From Saccostrea cucullata (lineage: Eukaryota), in the NCBI RefSeq assembly GCF_032062105.1, contig NW_026927867.1:186001-250000 (forward strand): 64,000 nucleotides of DNA, given 5' to 3'. The notes below the pieces were generated by a model. It did no database searches. It was not told the origin of the DNA and saw only the letters and a list, made by a program, of their open reading frames with translations. Numbering within the stretch: position 1 is the stretch's first letter; each line of letters opens with the position of its first letter. Below, one piece after another: positions 13,768 to 28,226 of this stretch. The translations under genes were made by a program, and so were the position numbers.

Positions 13768-14995
13768 TTTCCATATATTTAGACTGTCCCATGTTTATCC
13801 ACATTTCAATCAATTTTAACCCTTTTGAAATGATAAAGAAAACATAAAGGAATAAATAATGATATTAAAAGGATGAAGCCATCTTTCTTGTCACAGAAAT
13901 CACTTTCACATTTGATTGACCTAAGCAATCGACAACGAATGATGTATTATTTAAACAAATCCTTCGATTTAAAAAAAACAAGGTCATATAGAAAAACATA
14001 TTCAGTATAAACGATGGATTTGAAGCAATTAAACATACTCATTAACAATAGATGCATTTTCAAGAAATGCTCGACGCTTGGTGTATTTTTGTTTTTCATT
14101 GTTGGACCAAAATTGATTTTGCTTTAAAGACAACGTGCTCTATAATAATTTCCCAGAATTTTTTTCTGAGAAAGAAAAAAAAGAAAACAAACCCAAACAA
14201 TGACAAAATAAAGATAAGAAGTAGGAACATAAAATATAGTTAAATATATTTATTTATTTCTAAGATAACACTTGTATGTCCCATCGTCAATCTTAGTGAT
14301 CTAAAAAAAACATTGCTGTGTCTACTACATCCGTTCTGGATGCTTTCCAACTAAATTTTGAGAAGGAGGAAATACTTAAAAAAAGAAGCGATCGGAGTTA
14401 CCGACAAGAATAGTACACACCATATGTCTAAATAAATCTCAAATTAAATTTCTGATTTATTTGAATGATCATATTCAAACACAATTTGCTGAGTTGAAGT
14501 ATCAGGACATATTTTTAATGTGATCACAAGAAAATAAAACATATTGTTAACTGTCATTTTCATTGAAAGCTAAAAAGATTCAGTTATTCAATTCAGAGGG
14601 GTATTTTGACAATTTTCAAAAAAAAAAAAATGCAATTCAATGTTCTTTAAATAGGTAATAAACTCGAAAATCGACATCAAGAAATTGCATTGGTTTCTTG
14701 TTTGAAAACTGAATAAATAAAAGTATTCAAATGTTTTGTTTTTTTTTCCAAACGATTCACTAATAATGTTATCTATTACACAGATAAACCTGTTTTTGTT
14801 CTTTCAAACTTTTACAGCTCTTATAACTCTATACAATAGCCACTTGAATATTGATTGAGGAAAGAAGCATGATAAATCAAGAACAAGGAAGAAATGTTTA
14901 TTACTGATACCTTCCGTTATCTCTAATTACCTCTGAGTGACCAAACAACAATGTTATATTTTATAGCACTTCTACAAAAATTATCATAAAATTAA

Positions 14996-17750
14996 GAGGT
15001 AGTCCACTGAAAATCAGGCAATGGGTGGCACATCGCATGTCATGGATTTTTATTATTTTTTGCATATAGACTTATTTAAGCAAGTGTTTACACATGACAA
15101 CATCAAAAAAAATTTTAGTGCTCCACTAGTCCTATTTTTGATAATTGCTCAATTTCAAGTGCAAAAAGGTCAACATGGGGGTAAAAAAAATTACTATGTT
15201 TTTATTTTGTTTTATATGTACCAGATGCACAAAACCTGGATGTGTCTATCAATATTATTTATACCATAGACTCTTATCTTTGATTTTAGTGATGAATAAG
15301 ACTCCAATTTATATTTCTTTAGAAAAAAATATGTGGTCCAAAATTGAGATTAGCAAGTAACTTTTTGAATTCATTATCCAATTTTCATTACGTTATAAAA
15401 CCCAATACATTTCAATGACATATTTTTTTTCTCATGTTATTATGAATACAAAGTACAAACTTTTGAGTCACTCAATAAAATCAGTGGGCACCCTTATATT
15501 GAGAGAAATAAAAGGAGTCAAATTTACCTATGTTTTACAATTTTTCACAATTAAACCGATCCCGACCGGAATTATATAAAGAAGGAAATACTATAATTGT
15601 AATGTTAAATTTGGCTCTTTTGTTGTAATATGGCCAAAAAATTACTTGATTTATTTTTGTACATGTCTTATGGGCGGCAGTTGTCTTTAGTTTTATAACT
15701 TTACACATTTTGCATTATTTTCAATGGGGATCGGTTTTATTTCAATCGGGATCGGTTTTTACCATAAAACTAGAAATATTCTGCATTTGTTTAATGTATC
15801 AGAAAAAAATATTCTTGTCTTTTATTTCTGTTTAGTTAGTCAACTGTTTTAAAATTAATTTATCCATGGATTCAAATGTTTATACAATTTATTTAAAATA
15901 CTAATGTCTTTTACGTACATGAAGATTACAATCATGTATAACATCTGTACGATTTCTTGATACTCGGTATTAAAAAACAAGTATTTCTACATGCATTATG
16001 CAACAAATGAGAGTAAACAGCTTATCTTTATTAAATATCTTATTTCCAACTAAAGTTTTTTTTCATTCTCTCGTGAATTAAAGAGTTCAATTCTATCATT
16101 GGCGAAAATATACTTGCACTACCTAAATGCAGAAAATATTTAAATGTGCACAGTCTCGGCTTTATCCAATTTTTTTAAACCTGTCATCTATAAAAGCCGT
16201 TTCCTCTATATTTTCATCTTATAAAATTTAATTTTATATTAATAAGAAAATAAGTTATTTCATATATAGTATTATGATTTAAGAGCCTAGAAATCGCAAG
16301 CAAAAAGCCGGGACGGGGTGAGGGTGGGGTGGGGGGGGGGCAAGGCGGCATATTAAAAAAAAAACTTTCATTAATGGGAAAACATTTTAGAATTGGCCAA
16401 CATGGTCACATTTTATAACTTCATATTGAATGTGAGTATGTGATTGTTTCAATCACCAAATTTAACCAAAAAAAAAAAACCCCAAACAAAAACAATACAA
16501 AACAAAAAATACGCCCACGAAATCTTCCGTTTTAGTGGCAAATTGAAGTGGGGAGTTCAACAGTAATTTTCCTCAATAAATATTTTTTTAAATCGTACCG
16601 CGGATCGTTTACTTTGGTTTGACTGCATAGATAAGTATAATCAAGTGTTGTTGTTGTTTTTTTTTTTTTGTTTTGTGTGTGTGTGTGTGTGTGTGTGTGT
16701 ACAAATATCATGAAATAAATATCTCAACTCCGTTGACTTGAATTAAATGTTGCATAAATCTAAAATATTCATCTTTCCTTGGTAATCAGGAGAAAAAAAA
16801 AATCTCTTCACATCCCAATTTTATAAGAAATATTCAATATAAACAATTAATTATTTGTACGCATAGCCTAGTAAATCAGTTTAAAAAATTAGTTCTCGGA
16901 CATGTACAAAATTACTTTTCAAAAGGGACTTCTAGCTGAGACGTCGCCCGTGAAAAAAATACATTTCATATATAAAAATATACGATTATTTAACATGTAG
17001 GATAATGCACTCTGAAAGGTAATTGAACAGAAAAAGAGAAATTATTTATTTTTAATCGTTTTATTTGCCCTTTTTTGCAAAGAATTTACAAACTTCTTTC
17101 GAAAACTTGTAACTATTTAATTGTGACGCAATATTAGTCAGGTATATGACGTCACTGATACATCAATGGAAACGTGGATTCAACCTGAATAATACTGCCA
17201 ACCTTAATCTAAATATTACGTTTGGAGGCGAAAATGAATTCTATTTTGAAAATAAAGTAGTAATTTTTTGTTAAATAATTTTATTTTGTGTATATATTCT
17301 AAATATTTCACTAGGATTTCGATAGTACGGTGTTCATCAGATTTACCGATGCCACGGGAGATAACTCTTACATCGCAAAATTTCATAAAAACGTCTATAT
17401 ATTTTGACAGAAAACTACTATCAAAAGTGTTTTGCCCACCAATTTTATTTTTGAAACTGAAAGACAAAATATTTCTAGATTTAGTTCAGCGTGAATTATA
17501 GTCCTGTTAAATAAGTATTGGAAATTACAGTTCGTTGTTTCTGACCTAAATTCAGTGGTTTATATAGGGGAATTCAAGAACACGAAACAAAAGGATATTT
17601 TACTAAATAAGCAATTTTAAAACAAATCTTCGATTACATTATTCCATTTGGACTACATTGATATTGTTTTCAATAAAATTTCAAATATTCGTCACATTCG
17701 ATGTGCCGCCTATTAATACAACCCTGCCTGGTTTTTCGGCGGACTTCCTC
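14996..17750. mobile_element. Non-autonomous DNA transposon with TTAA TSD (Kolobok-like)
   Basis: TTAA|GAGGTAGTCCACTGAAAATCAGGCA ... TGCCTGGTTTTTCGGCGGACTTCCTC|TTAA. The empty site (single TTAA) is at ~29385 in unit 2. Purine termini fit Kolobok better than piggyBac. Confidence 0.8.
16674..16700. repeat. (TG)n microsatellite
   Basis: Direct reading. Confidence 0.95.
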
Positions 17751-18931
17751 TTAAATTCTTCCTCTTTAGTTTTGTATCAAGCTTTCGGCTCGGCTTTTGC
17801 AGAATTAGACAGTTAAATGGAGATATATAGTACGCATTTAGTGTTTGTATTGGTTTTTACTGTTGCGGAATGTTTAGGTAATTTGGGTACTTTCTGTGAT
17901 TCATTGTATTTTATTTTATTTTGCCATCAAATAATTGTTAGGATTTTAACTGTTTTGAAAATATAAAACAATGATATGATTGTAGTGTATTTGTTGTAAA
18001 ATTATTTCAAGTGCCTGATAATGTAAAATTCATGACATAAATTTATGATGATATAGTCTATAAAGTGTCCCGAAATAATAAAACGTAACACAGTTCGTAA
18101 TAATAAAGTGCATGTGCAGCGGCATTTTGTCGTCACAATCAATATCCCCAAAACGTAGAAAACAAAGTTGCAACTAGCGGTGATTTGAGCAGAAAAAACA
18201 AATGTTAAGCAATTTATTCAAAGTAATATAAAGGATTCATTGTCTTACAGCGAGTGGAACACATTTAATCAGATTTCTTTGACAGAAGTCCTTTAATAAA
18301 ATTGGTATCACCATGCAGCTTTCCATGTCAAATTATGACTAGTATATTATGAAACAATTATGTATATTTTTGTGGGTTAATATGGTATGTAATTAATTAG
18401 AAAAATATCAATATTGACCGGGACGAAGACGATTTCACTGTTTACATTTTTTCTAGTGAATAACCATCTATATTTACCAACATAAATTTGTAATTGTCTA
18501 TTCTTATGTAATTGTTTCGTAAATTGCATTTTTTTTTACCTTTTAATTGATGAATGAGACCGATTTTTATACACCAACATTAACGAGAGTGACGGATTCT
18601 CATTGAGACGCCAATACACAGTGAGGCAAAGAGTCAATGCTCAGTGACGTATTTCATGTAACAAAGCCTGTAACAAAAAAGACATAAACATCAAATAAAA
18701 TCCAAAACTTGAATTAGAATGTAAAATCTATTATTTTAATGTTTGAATCCGTTACTTCCGATTTATTGTTCGCAAACATCCGTTTAACATGCACCGGCTC
18801 CGGAAAAAAGTTTGCGACCAATATATTTGCATTAACGGTCGCATTTTCAAAATAAAAAAAGATACATGTACTTATTCCCTTGTTTCAATTTTAAATTTCA
18901 CTACTTTAAAAACAAATGAATTAGAGAAGTA

Positions 18932-19115
18932 CAGTGGACCTTCAGATCTCCGGACGCCAGATCTGGAGGCTTCAGTATCCGGACGATATTTCATTAGAAC
19001 GGATTTTTTAACGTTATTTTGTCCTGTTTAACTGGTAATTAAGGTATCCGGACGCTTCACATATCTGGACAAATTGGCTAGCAACCAAAGCGTCTGGATA
19101 AATGAGGCTCCACTT
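18932..19115. mobile_element. pogo/Tigger-like MITE in R-A intron 1
   Basis: TA|CAGTGGACCTTCA ... TGAGGCTCCACTT|A with internal TCCGGA/TCTGGA motifs. Absent at the paralogous site (~30590). Confidence 0.65.
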
Positions 19116-19639
19116 ATAACTTTCATTAGTATTACATTTTATTCACTGAATTTCTATGTTTCAATTTTTTTTATTTGCAGAAAACCTCAGTCTCATGACA
19201 GGTTTAAAATGTCAAGCTTCTCAAAGTTCATCGTATGAACACCCCCCACTCTATCAACCGGACAATACAGTCGACGGGCATCTGGAAGGGGAGCGAGACA
19301 ATACTTGTAGTTTTACTTTAGCATCATATGGTATTAGGAAAGCTTGGTGGAAACTGACATTAATGCAGATATCAAACGCTGCCTATTTGGAAATATATTT
19401 CCGAAATTCCAGTAAGTTACTTTTTTCTTATTCAAAATTCATTAAAAATACAAATAGTTATAGATATCCCGGTTAAGCAACCTGTATATCACATAGATTG
19501 AGACGTAAATCTATGCAACTAAGAATATTCAACGGTTTTTTTTTCTTCTGATATACTTATTTTACATATACAAGTAAACATGAATTCTATAATGTTGATT
19601 AAAACTTTGAATCTTCTAATTTTCTTACTTATTCACTCT

Positions 19640-19770
19640 CTCTGACTTACTCCCACCCCCAGGGCACCTGATCCCCTCTCTGATGTTTTGTAGATCTGTG
19701 TTTGCTCTGCTCCTGTTTTGTATTGTTTTATGGACTTTGATATTAAATACTGTTCGTTATCTCCATTTAC
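19640..19770 (+). mobile_element. Short terminal fragment related to the Penelope-like element flank
   Basis: GGCACCTGATCCC is the reverse complement of GGGATCAGGTGCC at ~49813. Absent from the R-B intron. Confidence 0.5.
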
Positions 19771-20936
19771 ATGTAATAAAGTATTTCGAAAGATTAATAC
19801 TGTATTGGAATTAATTAGGAAGTATAATAGAAAACAAGAAAGATATTTTAAATATTTCTATATTTTCCATAATTTCAGCAGTGAATCGACATACCGGATT
19901 TTCTGTGTACTTGTTCAATGATTCATCTTATGTACCTGCTTCACGCTCCGGGATCGAAGTATTTAGGCACAATCACTCTACCTGTCCCGAACAGGTGATG
20001 AACATTTCTGTAAATCACCTTACTCAAGGAATAGCTTTGTATAGCTCAAAGAATCCTCCAGTTACCACAGACTGTGAGTTTTATGAACCAGGTTTTGCAA
20101 CAATTGAAATATGTGAGGTGAAAGTGATGGGTATGTATCTAAAGTAGAAAATTCTTTGTCTAAGCTAATATTCATGTCCTTGTAGAGCCTAAAAAATAAC
20201 AGATTATCAGACTTTTTTTCTTAATAACCACATGCATTAGCAAAGCTTGTCATATATTTTCGAAAGGCAAGACGTTGATGACTTTAATGAATCAAAATGA
20301 AAAGAAAGTATTGATAAACAAATAAATCATTAAGATAGGGTATAAAGACGGATTTCATAATTTTGTGCATCTTTGGAGTAAAAAATAACTAAGTGCTAGA
20401 TGTTTTATAATTGGCTTTTTATTCACTAATCATATTTAAGTTGCCTATCACATCATTACGGCGAGACATGCACGCCCTGTGATCTGAGATGTCGCAATGG
20501 ACAGTGTGATGCAATTAATAGGTCGTGTATCTATGGATGCAGCAACACATTTATGGAAGAGCCAAGTTGTTGTAAGAATAAAAAGCTTAGTATTTATTAT
20601 AAAAAAGGAACATAAGCTACAAGCGATTTCAAATCATGTTCCCGTACGTTTGAAGTAAAATAAATTTTAACATCGATGTAAGTATTATGTATGCATGGCG
20701 GTACATTTCTGCTAAATACAATAAAATCTAAATCTAAAAGAAAATAAGAGGCCAACTTTTAATCAAACCAACTCCTTTCAATACCAAGAAGTGACTGTTT
20801 GATACAATTTGATTTTTCATTTCCAGCATGTATAAGAGGATATTACAGAAAAGACTGTAAGAAAATCTGTGGACATTGTTCGAAAGGAACATTCTGTGAT
20901 AGTACAACAGGAGTATGTCCTAGGGGGTGTAAGGTA

Positions 20937-23277
20937 CAGTACCGACCGGACACAACCTAACAGAAAGCGAACCCGGAGCGGAGCCCGGGTTCGCTCTCTG
21001 GGTCCGCTCCGGGTTCGCTCGGGGTCCGCTAGGGCTGACCCCGAGCGAACCCGGAGCGGACCCAAAGCGAACCCGTAGCGGACCCCGAGCGAACCCAAGG
21101 CGGACCCAGAGAGCGAACCCCAAATTCAATAGCGGTCCCAGCGAGCGAACGCGGGTTCGGTAGCTGTCAATCAGGATTAGCGATTAACCAATCAGCGCGT
21201 CAACCAATCAAAACAGCATATTGATCTGTCGATTGGGATATAAGATCAAACGTGTTGATTTAATTTGATATAAATCCAAACACTTCATACAAGCAAACCG
21301 TGTGAATGTGCTGTGTAAATCTATTATGATGATTAAAATACGATTTGATATTATTTATTTTAATTCTCTGGATTGTATTTTATATTTATATATTTACTCC
21401 CTTTATTTTGTTAAAGCAATTTATTAATTATATGTTTTTTTTCTTTCCACGTAGAATTATACATGAAAATTTACGTTTTTACCCGGTATTTCCTTTAGTT
21501 TTTTATACCAGTATTGAAAGTCCATTTGGTAAATAAATTCGGTAAATACATCAGTCAATGCATAAAAATTGAAATCAATTGATTTTACAATTAATATTTT
21601 ACTGACAAAAAGAGGAGAAAAGAAATAGTTGGTCTTCGACAATTATTGTAAAATTTCATTTTCTCAAGATACTAACAGTTCAGGAATATTAACTAGTCCA
21701 ATAATATAAATATAAATAGATACAGGAAACATCGAGACGAGAGAGAGAGAGAGAGAGATCAAAACTGTAAACTCTCATTATTAGATTTGATTTTAATAAT
21801 ATAGCATGATGACTTACTTAAATTTCTATGAGTCGTCCTCCCAATATTGTACTCAAATTGTTTTCTATAAGCTAGCTGCAGCTATTTTTTTTATTATACA
21901 TGTATAGAAAGATGTATAGTTTTCGGGACGATCTGTCCCTTCCGCGGGACAAAGAAAAAAGTTAATAAGTCATAAGATCAAAGGAAAAAACGAAACCAAA
22001 ATCAACTAGCACTATAAACACTATATATTTACATATTAGTTACTTGTTGAATTGTAAATGTATATAAACACTATTTAAGAAAGAAATCCGGACCGCTCTG
22101 AAATAAGTCGGGTTTATCGGGGTATACTCAGGTGAAGTGCGATTCACATAATTGAACGAATTAATTACGCTAATTAATCACAACGTTTAGTAAATCGTAC
22201 ATTGTTTCATTCTCTCAAAATGGCGTAATTATACTTGACAAAGAATAATCAGATAAAAATAATATAGAAGAGATATTCTAACATCTGAATTATGACCTAT
22301 TTTACATTTAAAAATGTTTTAGGACTAATTATTGGGAAAAAAATTAATAAAGGCGTAAGCAATACATAGTTATGTGGGTTATCCGAGAGTTGGTAACGCA
22401 AAATAACTGTAGAGTTACACCTGACTGAAAAAAAAATCTTTAAGTATCAGCAGGCATTGGGTCTAATTCACGTTCAGATTTTTTTTTACGAACTTCAATG
22501 TGTAAGTACAATAATAATAAATGAAATGTAAATATACCAGATGTACAAAAGGTTACATGTAATTTATAGATGCGATATCATAATTCAGGTGTTTAGCAAA
22601 CATTTAAACTACGATTTAGTAAAACGAAAGGAATAACAAATCCTTTTTTAACTATCTAAGCATGAAATTAAAAGGTATTTAGTTATTCAGTTTCACTTGT
22701 ACACCATTCGATACTGAAAATCAATTCAACACTCTTTTTTTGTTTTGTGGTTATAACTTAAGAAAAATAAATGCCTTATAATCCGCTATAAAATTAGTTT
22801 GAATTTCTCGGGACCGAGAAATCAAGGAAATCAATTATTCATGTACATGTAAATCTATGTCGAATGTACAGTTGAATTTAAGAAAAAAATTATCAATGTT
22901 TTCCATTATATCACTCTTTTCATGTTCAGTGTACATGTCCGCATCGTCACATAAACAACAATGATCGATCAACAATACCATTACTGTATTGGAATATACA
23001 AGGGGCGGGGCTTACTGGCGGTGAGATTAAAGCGGGGTCCGCTTCACGCATCAGTGCGTAAAGCGGTCCCAGGAAGCAAACGCCGGGTTCGCTATAGAGG
23101 ACCCAGACCTGACCCCGAGCGAACGCGGAGCGAACCCGGAGCGCACCCAAAGCGCACCCGGAGCGGTCCCAAAATTTCTGAAAGCGAACCCGAAGCGGAC
23201 CCCGAGCGAACCCGGGAAGCGAACCCGGGGTCCGCTCCGGGTTCGCTCTGGTGTTAGGTTGTGTCCGGTCGGTACTG
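20937..23277. mobile_element. 2341-bp non-autonomous Tc1/mariner-type element inserted in R-A exon 5
   Basis: TA|CAGTACCGACCGGACACAACCTAACA ... TGTTAGGTTGTGTCCGGTCGGTACTG|TA: perfect 26-bp TIR with GC-rich AGCG(A/G)ACCC subterminal arrays. Removing it restores GCKVHWRGPKCD (R-B has GCKTHWTGPKCD). Confidence 0.92.
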
Positions 23278-23689
23278 TACACTGGAGAGGTCCAAAATGT
23301 GACAGTATGTATAGAGATTGCAGAAAATAATGCTGTTTTATTTAGATTGTAGTATATGTCTTGTGAGTATAAATTGATGTAAATGTCTAGCACGCTTAAT
23401 TGCCGTTTCTATAAACATCAATTCTTGACATTGATTTATTGTGAAGATATCATAGAACGAATGAGGTCTTTACAAATGGTATTTATTTTCCTGTGCATTT
23501 TCATTTTTTATTCAAAAGAAAAAATAAAGAATCCATGTTTTAAACATGTTAAAAAGGTGAGCACTATAAGTATAGTGATAATATTCTTAACTCTAAGATT
23601 TGGAATTGATTTTCTTTGAATCGTGGTATGAAAGTGATTGATTGATCGTCTTTTTTTATTTTACGTCCTATTTGAAAATGTTGCTGGGC

Positions 23690-23885
23690 GGAGTAAGGGG
23701 TTAATTCTAACGTTCCGGGTTCAAATCCCACTGTGGGACGTGAGGAATGGTCATTAGGTTCAAATTGTATAAAGCGAGATTCTATGTCGCAAAAAGTTGT
23801 GGCTTGAAAAAAGATCTCTCAATCGTCAAAGGTTCTAAATGTAGATTTAGATTTGCAACCCATCACTGGCGGTCTCCATGAGCAT
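23690..23885 (+). mobile_element. Degenerate SINE copy
   Basis: Box-B-like GGGTTCAAATCCC followed by ACTGTGGGACGTG, which matches the 57870-58162 family. Confidence 0.5.
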
Positions 23886-25739
23886 AAAGATGTGTCACCA
23901 GACATCGCTGAGAAGCCTCAAACTTAGTCGTTTACCTGTCACTCAGGGTCGTTTAGAAACAATATCCAACTTTATCATAATTAGGATATAAGACAGTGTC
24001 ATGTTTTCTTCTACCTATTTTATTTGATATACAGAAACAAAATGAAGATCAAACGCAACTAAGTATACTGCTTCATTGAAATTACTAGTATCACTCTTAA
24101 AATTGATGTATTTTTTCTTCATAAAAACATTTTTTTTCGTGGTTATCGAAATTTTATTGATAATTTGCGAAGGAATTTTTCGGATTTTAATCAAACACCT
24201 TCTTTATTTTTATACTAAATTTGATGAAGAACACTCGAGCTGTAACTCTGAGCCTTAAATATGTAGTCCAAGATTTTCTAGAATCTCTAAATAAGACTTA
24301 ATCATTTCAAATATGCATTTCTTAAAAAGGAATCTTCATTTTCGCTTTTCCTGGTAAAATACTAGTGTAACTGGATCAATGAAGATAAATTCATATAAAG
24401 CAATTTAAGTTTCAATTCTAAATCTTTTTGTAAATTACATATAGTGAAGATAACAAATACGGGACAGACTGCACTTTCGATTTCGGACATTATAAAGACA
24501 GAAAACCATGCTTAAATGCAAACGGAACTTGTATTAATGGATGTGACACTGAGTGGAGCATAACATTCCGGAATTAATATCTACCATGGGGCTTTTTGAG
24601 TTACCTTAAATAAAACTAAAGTGACATCTTCAATAAAAATTTTTCAAGTAATGTACCACACCGATAAAAAAAATATGGGTTAAGTGTAAAATAATTCAGA
24701 TTTGAGTTAATTAGATAAAGTTAAAGGGGGGGGGCACGGTACTATGCTTAAGTGGACATATTCTTTAGAATAGCTGCTACCATCATCATAATAACTATGC
24801 ATTTATGTTTTCTATGGTTCTTCATGATTTAATGCATTGGCCCCAACACAGGAATTTTCTCCCCAAAACAGTAACGATTCAGAGTTTATATGCCTACCAC
24901 ACAGTAAAACTATTCCGACACAATAAATGCTGAAGATCTTCGACGATCAATGTTTCAGAACATAAATTTTGTGTAAATGAAATTTTAATCAAATAAATGT
25001 ACGTACTGTGTTTGAATTTTTAGTGCAGAACACTTATTTATCTCTTGAAAGGGATTTTGTCTTTAATCACCTTTTATTTCGTAGACCTTGGCCCTTTTTT
25101 TTTTTTACAATTGCACCATGAGTGTTTTAATAGCATTTAACTAATTACATGCAAATATTAAGTGGAATGTGTCTTTACTTAGAAACACGATCTAGAATTA
25201 TGTTAAGCATCGTTCATCAAACATCGTACCCTAGTTGATTCATTGATGTATATTGTTGAAGAATTAAGGGCATCCTATATGAAAGATTTCTTTTTTTGCT
25301 ACTTTTAACTTCTTTTTTAATCTAAACACTAATCGGTGATTTTATCAACTGACAAATATCAAGGAACATTTCAACAAGTATGGACCAGGGATTACTCTGC
25401 TCTTCAACGCATGTTTTTAAAAATTTGAATGCAATGTTGGTGCATGAAATTAGCAGGGTTTTATACTTACAACTTCTAAATACGGATTTCGCTGAAATAT
25501 GGCTGATATATTGCCAATTCGGCGTTAAACAATATACAATCATTCAATCATAAAAAAACTGATCTGATTAAAAATATTATTTTTTTTAAATAATTAGATT
25601 TTAACATGAATTTTGTTTCTAGGGTTATCAGGCAAAGGGGGTTAATCAGAGATCATTTGTGATATAAGAGTGCAAAATTATATAATGAAGACATTAATAT
25701 TGTAAGTACGCTTTGTCCGTGAATTTGATTTATCCGTGT

Positions 25740-26058
25740 TCATGCTAAAGGCGTTTTATTGTATATTTTCTCGCATATATAAGAGTGTTGGTCAGAGCAA
25801 GGAAAATGGCCCCATTTCCCACTAGGGTACTCCATAAAAACGCAGTCCTCTCGCTGTCCGAAATTATTTGGTTCGCCATCTCTCCAGTTGGTAAAATTAA
25901 ATCCTTCTCTACTCCAATCCCAGATAAATTGACCATCAATTTGTTGATCCGTGGCTCCAATCCAAATGACACAATCTACCCAATTGACTGTACATTGTGC
26001 TACAGAATAAGAGTTTTCTTTATGTAAAGCGTATTTCATAAGGTGCATAACACATGAA

Positions 26059-26125
<67 letters not shown>

Positions 26126-28226
26126 TTTCGTATTGGAAAATATTTTGCTTATCAAATATTTTTAAAAGCTATATCTAACACAATTGCAGAAAATATTAAA
26201 ATTGGTACCTAGGAAAGTTCATGTTGTGTGATTTTTATCAGAAATGTGCCTTGATTTCTGTTTTGAAAAAATAAATCAAAAATGACAAATACAGAAACTT
26301 GGCAAAAATTTGTCTTCTTGTTACAAATGTGAAACCAGTAATTACGACTCAATCCTTTTTTTTGTACAAGAAATGAATTCAGTTTTATTGAAGATGAACT
26401 TTTACATCTTTTCTAGAGAAATTTAATTCAGTGGTGAAAAAAGTACATAATCCTATGATATTTTTTTATATCCTGGAGGCCTAGGACCACTCCATGTCGA
26501 TGAGATTTTAACATATTAATTAACGATAAAAATTTCAATTCTTTAACAGATTGGAAATAAATAAATAAATAACAGGGAAAAAAAGAAAACACATAGTTGG
26601 GTTTCTGTTATTTTTTTTAATTATCTCACCTGGTGCTAGACTGTTTCTGATCCATTCATTTTCATTCATTGTGTCTATCGCTACCAAGTACTCACCTCGT
26701 CTTTTACAATGATCCTAAAATGTTCAACAATAAAATATACAATATTTCAGTAAGTATTTGTTCTTTTATCATCAGAATATAGAAAATAATGTCTTGTCGC
26801 ACATTAAAAAATGATCAATTTTTATACACGAAGTTTGATCAGGAAATCAAACATTTTGAATGCAAAAACATACCGTAGCTCTGCTCCAGGTTATCTTTTC
26901 TTTGCTTTTAAAGTAGCAGTGGTCTTCATACTGACACCACCCAGGATCACACACTGAAAACCCTTTGGATAAAGATCATAAGTTGTCTTACTATAAATCT
27001 TTTGACAAAAGCTTTGACCTCCCTTACGATTGGAAAAATAAACTCTAATTATCAATCTGTAAATTTGAGCCGTTCTTTAGACTTTAAGCTAACTTCTCCA
27101 TACTTATCAATAGAAAAAGAGTAAATTAATCATAGTCCTTTTTGTACAGTTTCTTTTGCACAACCGATTTGATTTTTCCAGCTCAGTCATATATAACTGT
27201 TTTACAAGGATTGATTAAAGTAAATAAAGATACATGTAGAATAAATTTTGTTTAGTTTTATTTTTTGTGATTTAAGGCCCCTCTGGAGAATTTTTCCATT
27301 CATATTGTTATAACCTTACTAATCTCTCCCTAAATAATTTCTTAGCTAAAAAACTCCGACATTTCGACTGTTTTCCTCGACTGATGGTCTAGAAAATGTT
27401 GGAATACACTGTTAAACAAGACTGTTGCCCGCTGACGTTATTTGGCGTTAAACTGTGTTGTTTTTTTATTTGAAGCAAAAGGAGTATAACAGAACAGTTG
27501 TTGACAGTAGTCTCGGGACACAGTCAAATTGTTGTCTGCGTCCTAAAACTTCAAGTAAAAGCATGCAATTGCACACCGGTCCAACAGATTGATTGTTTTC
27601 CTCTACCCAATTCAACAAGTGTATATTATTTTTCATGTTATAAAGGATATCTCGACCCGGGTCAGCAAATTATGATACCTTCATTTCATTACATAAATCA
27701 CTAAGACTAATTAGATCAATTTGATAATCTCATTGTACATGTAGTATCACTCCAGTTCCCCCAGATAGGATTCACAAAAAATTCAACGAATTCGATAATC
27801 TCGATCTAATTTCATTTTGTAATCTCATTGTAATACTTACCACTCCAGTATCCCCAGCTAGGGTTAACATGAAGTTCCACCAAATCAGTGTTTTTATTTT
27901 CTAGTAGTTTACATGTGCTTTGAAGGTCATTGTAAAAGACACCTGCACATTTCTGATGACGTTCTAAGCACCACAGAGAACATCCGGTTAAACTTATTTC
28001 TTCGAACTCATCCATATAAAAACATATTTCCTGGAAGAAAGTTGTTTAGGTATTGTCTCTTCGGGAATGTTCCTTTAGATATTCTCCAACTTGCATGAAT
28101 AGGAATCATGCAAAAAACAAATACAAAAATTAGGATTTGATTCTTAGCATTCTTCATCATGTTTTTGGAACGTGTGATTTCGCTGGTAATAATATTCTTA
28201 GACTTTCCCGGATTCATTCTCAACAT
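25740..28226 (-). pseudogene. CTL3: PAN/apple + C-type lectin paralog with a frameshift in exon 1
   Basis: Exons 28226-27841, 26953-26874, 26714-26630 and 25999-25740. A 2-nt deletion at ~28016-28025 relative to CTL2 gives a stop at 28008. The CTLD keeps EPN but has WGH instead of WGD. Confidence 0.85.
26063..26124. repeat. (GA)n microsatellite in CTL3 intron 3
   Basis: A shorter paralogous tract lies at ~11478-11500. Confidence 0.95.

Larger units (their letters stand above)
17817..24560 (+). pseudogene. R-A: disrupted F-type-lectin-like + EGF receptor (MEGF10/SREC-like)
   Basis: Exons 17817-17877 (MEIYSTHLVFVLVFTVAECL), 19181-19411, 19879-20130, ~20440-20571, 20827-20936+23280-23304, and degenerate ~24440-24560. 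Lesions: exon-4 acceptor shifted by 1 nt, transposon in exon 5, Cys losses in exon 6, no TM exon. Confidence 0.85.

Noticed and set aside
20817-23393. Arg/Pro/Gly-rich ORFs on both strands
   Set aside because: They are artefacts of the GC-rich subterminal repeats of the mariner-type element.
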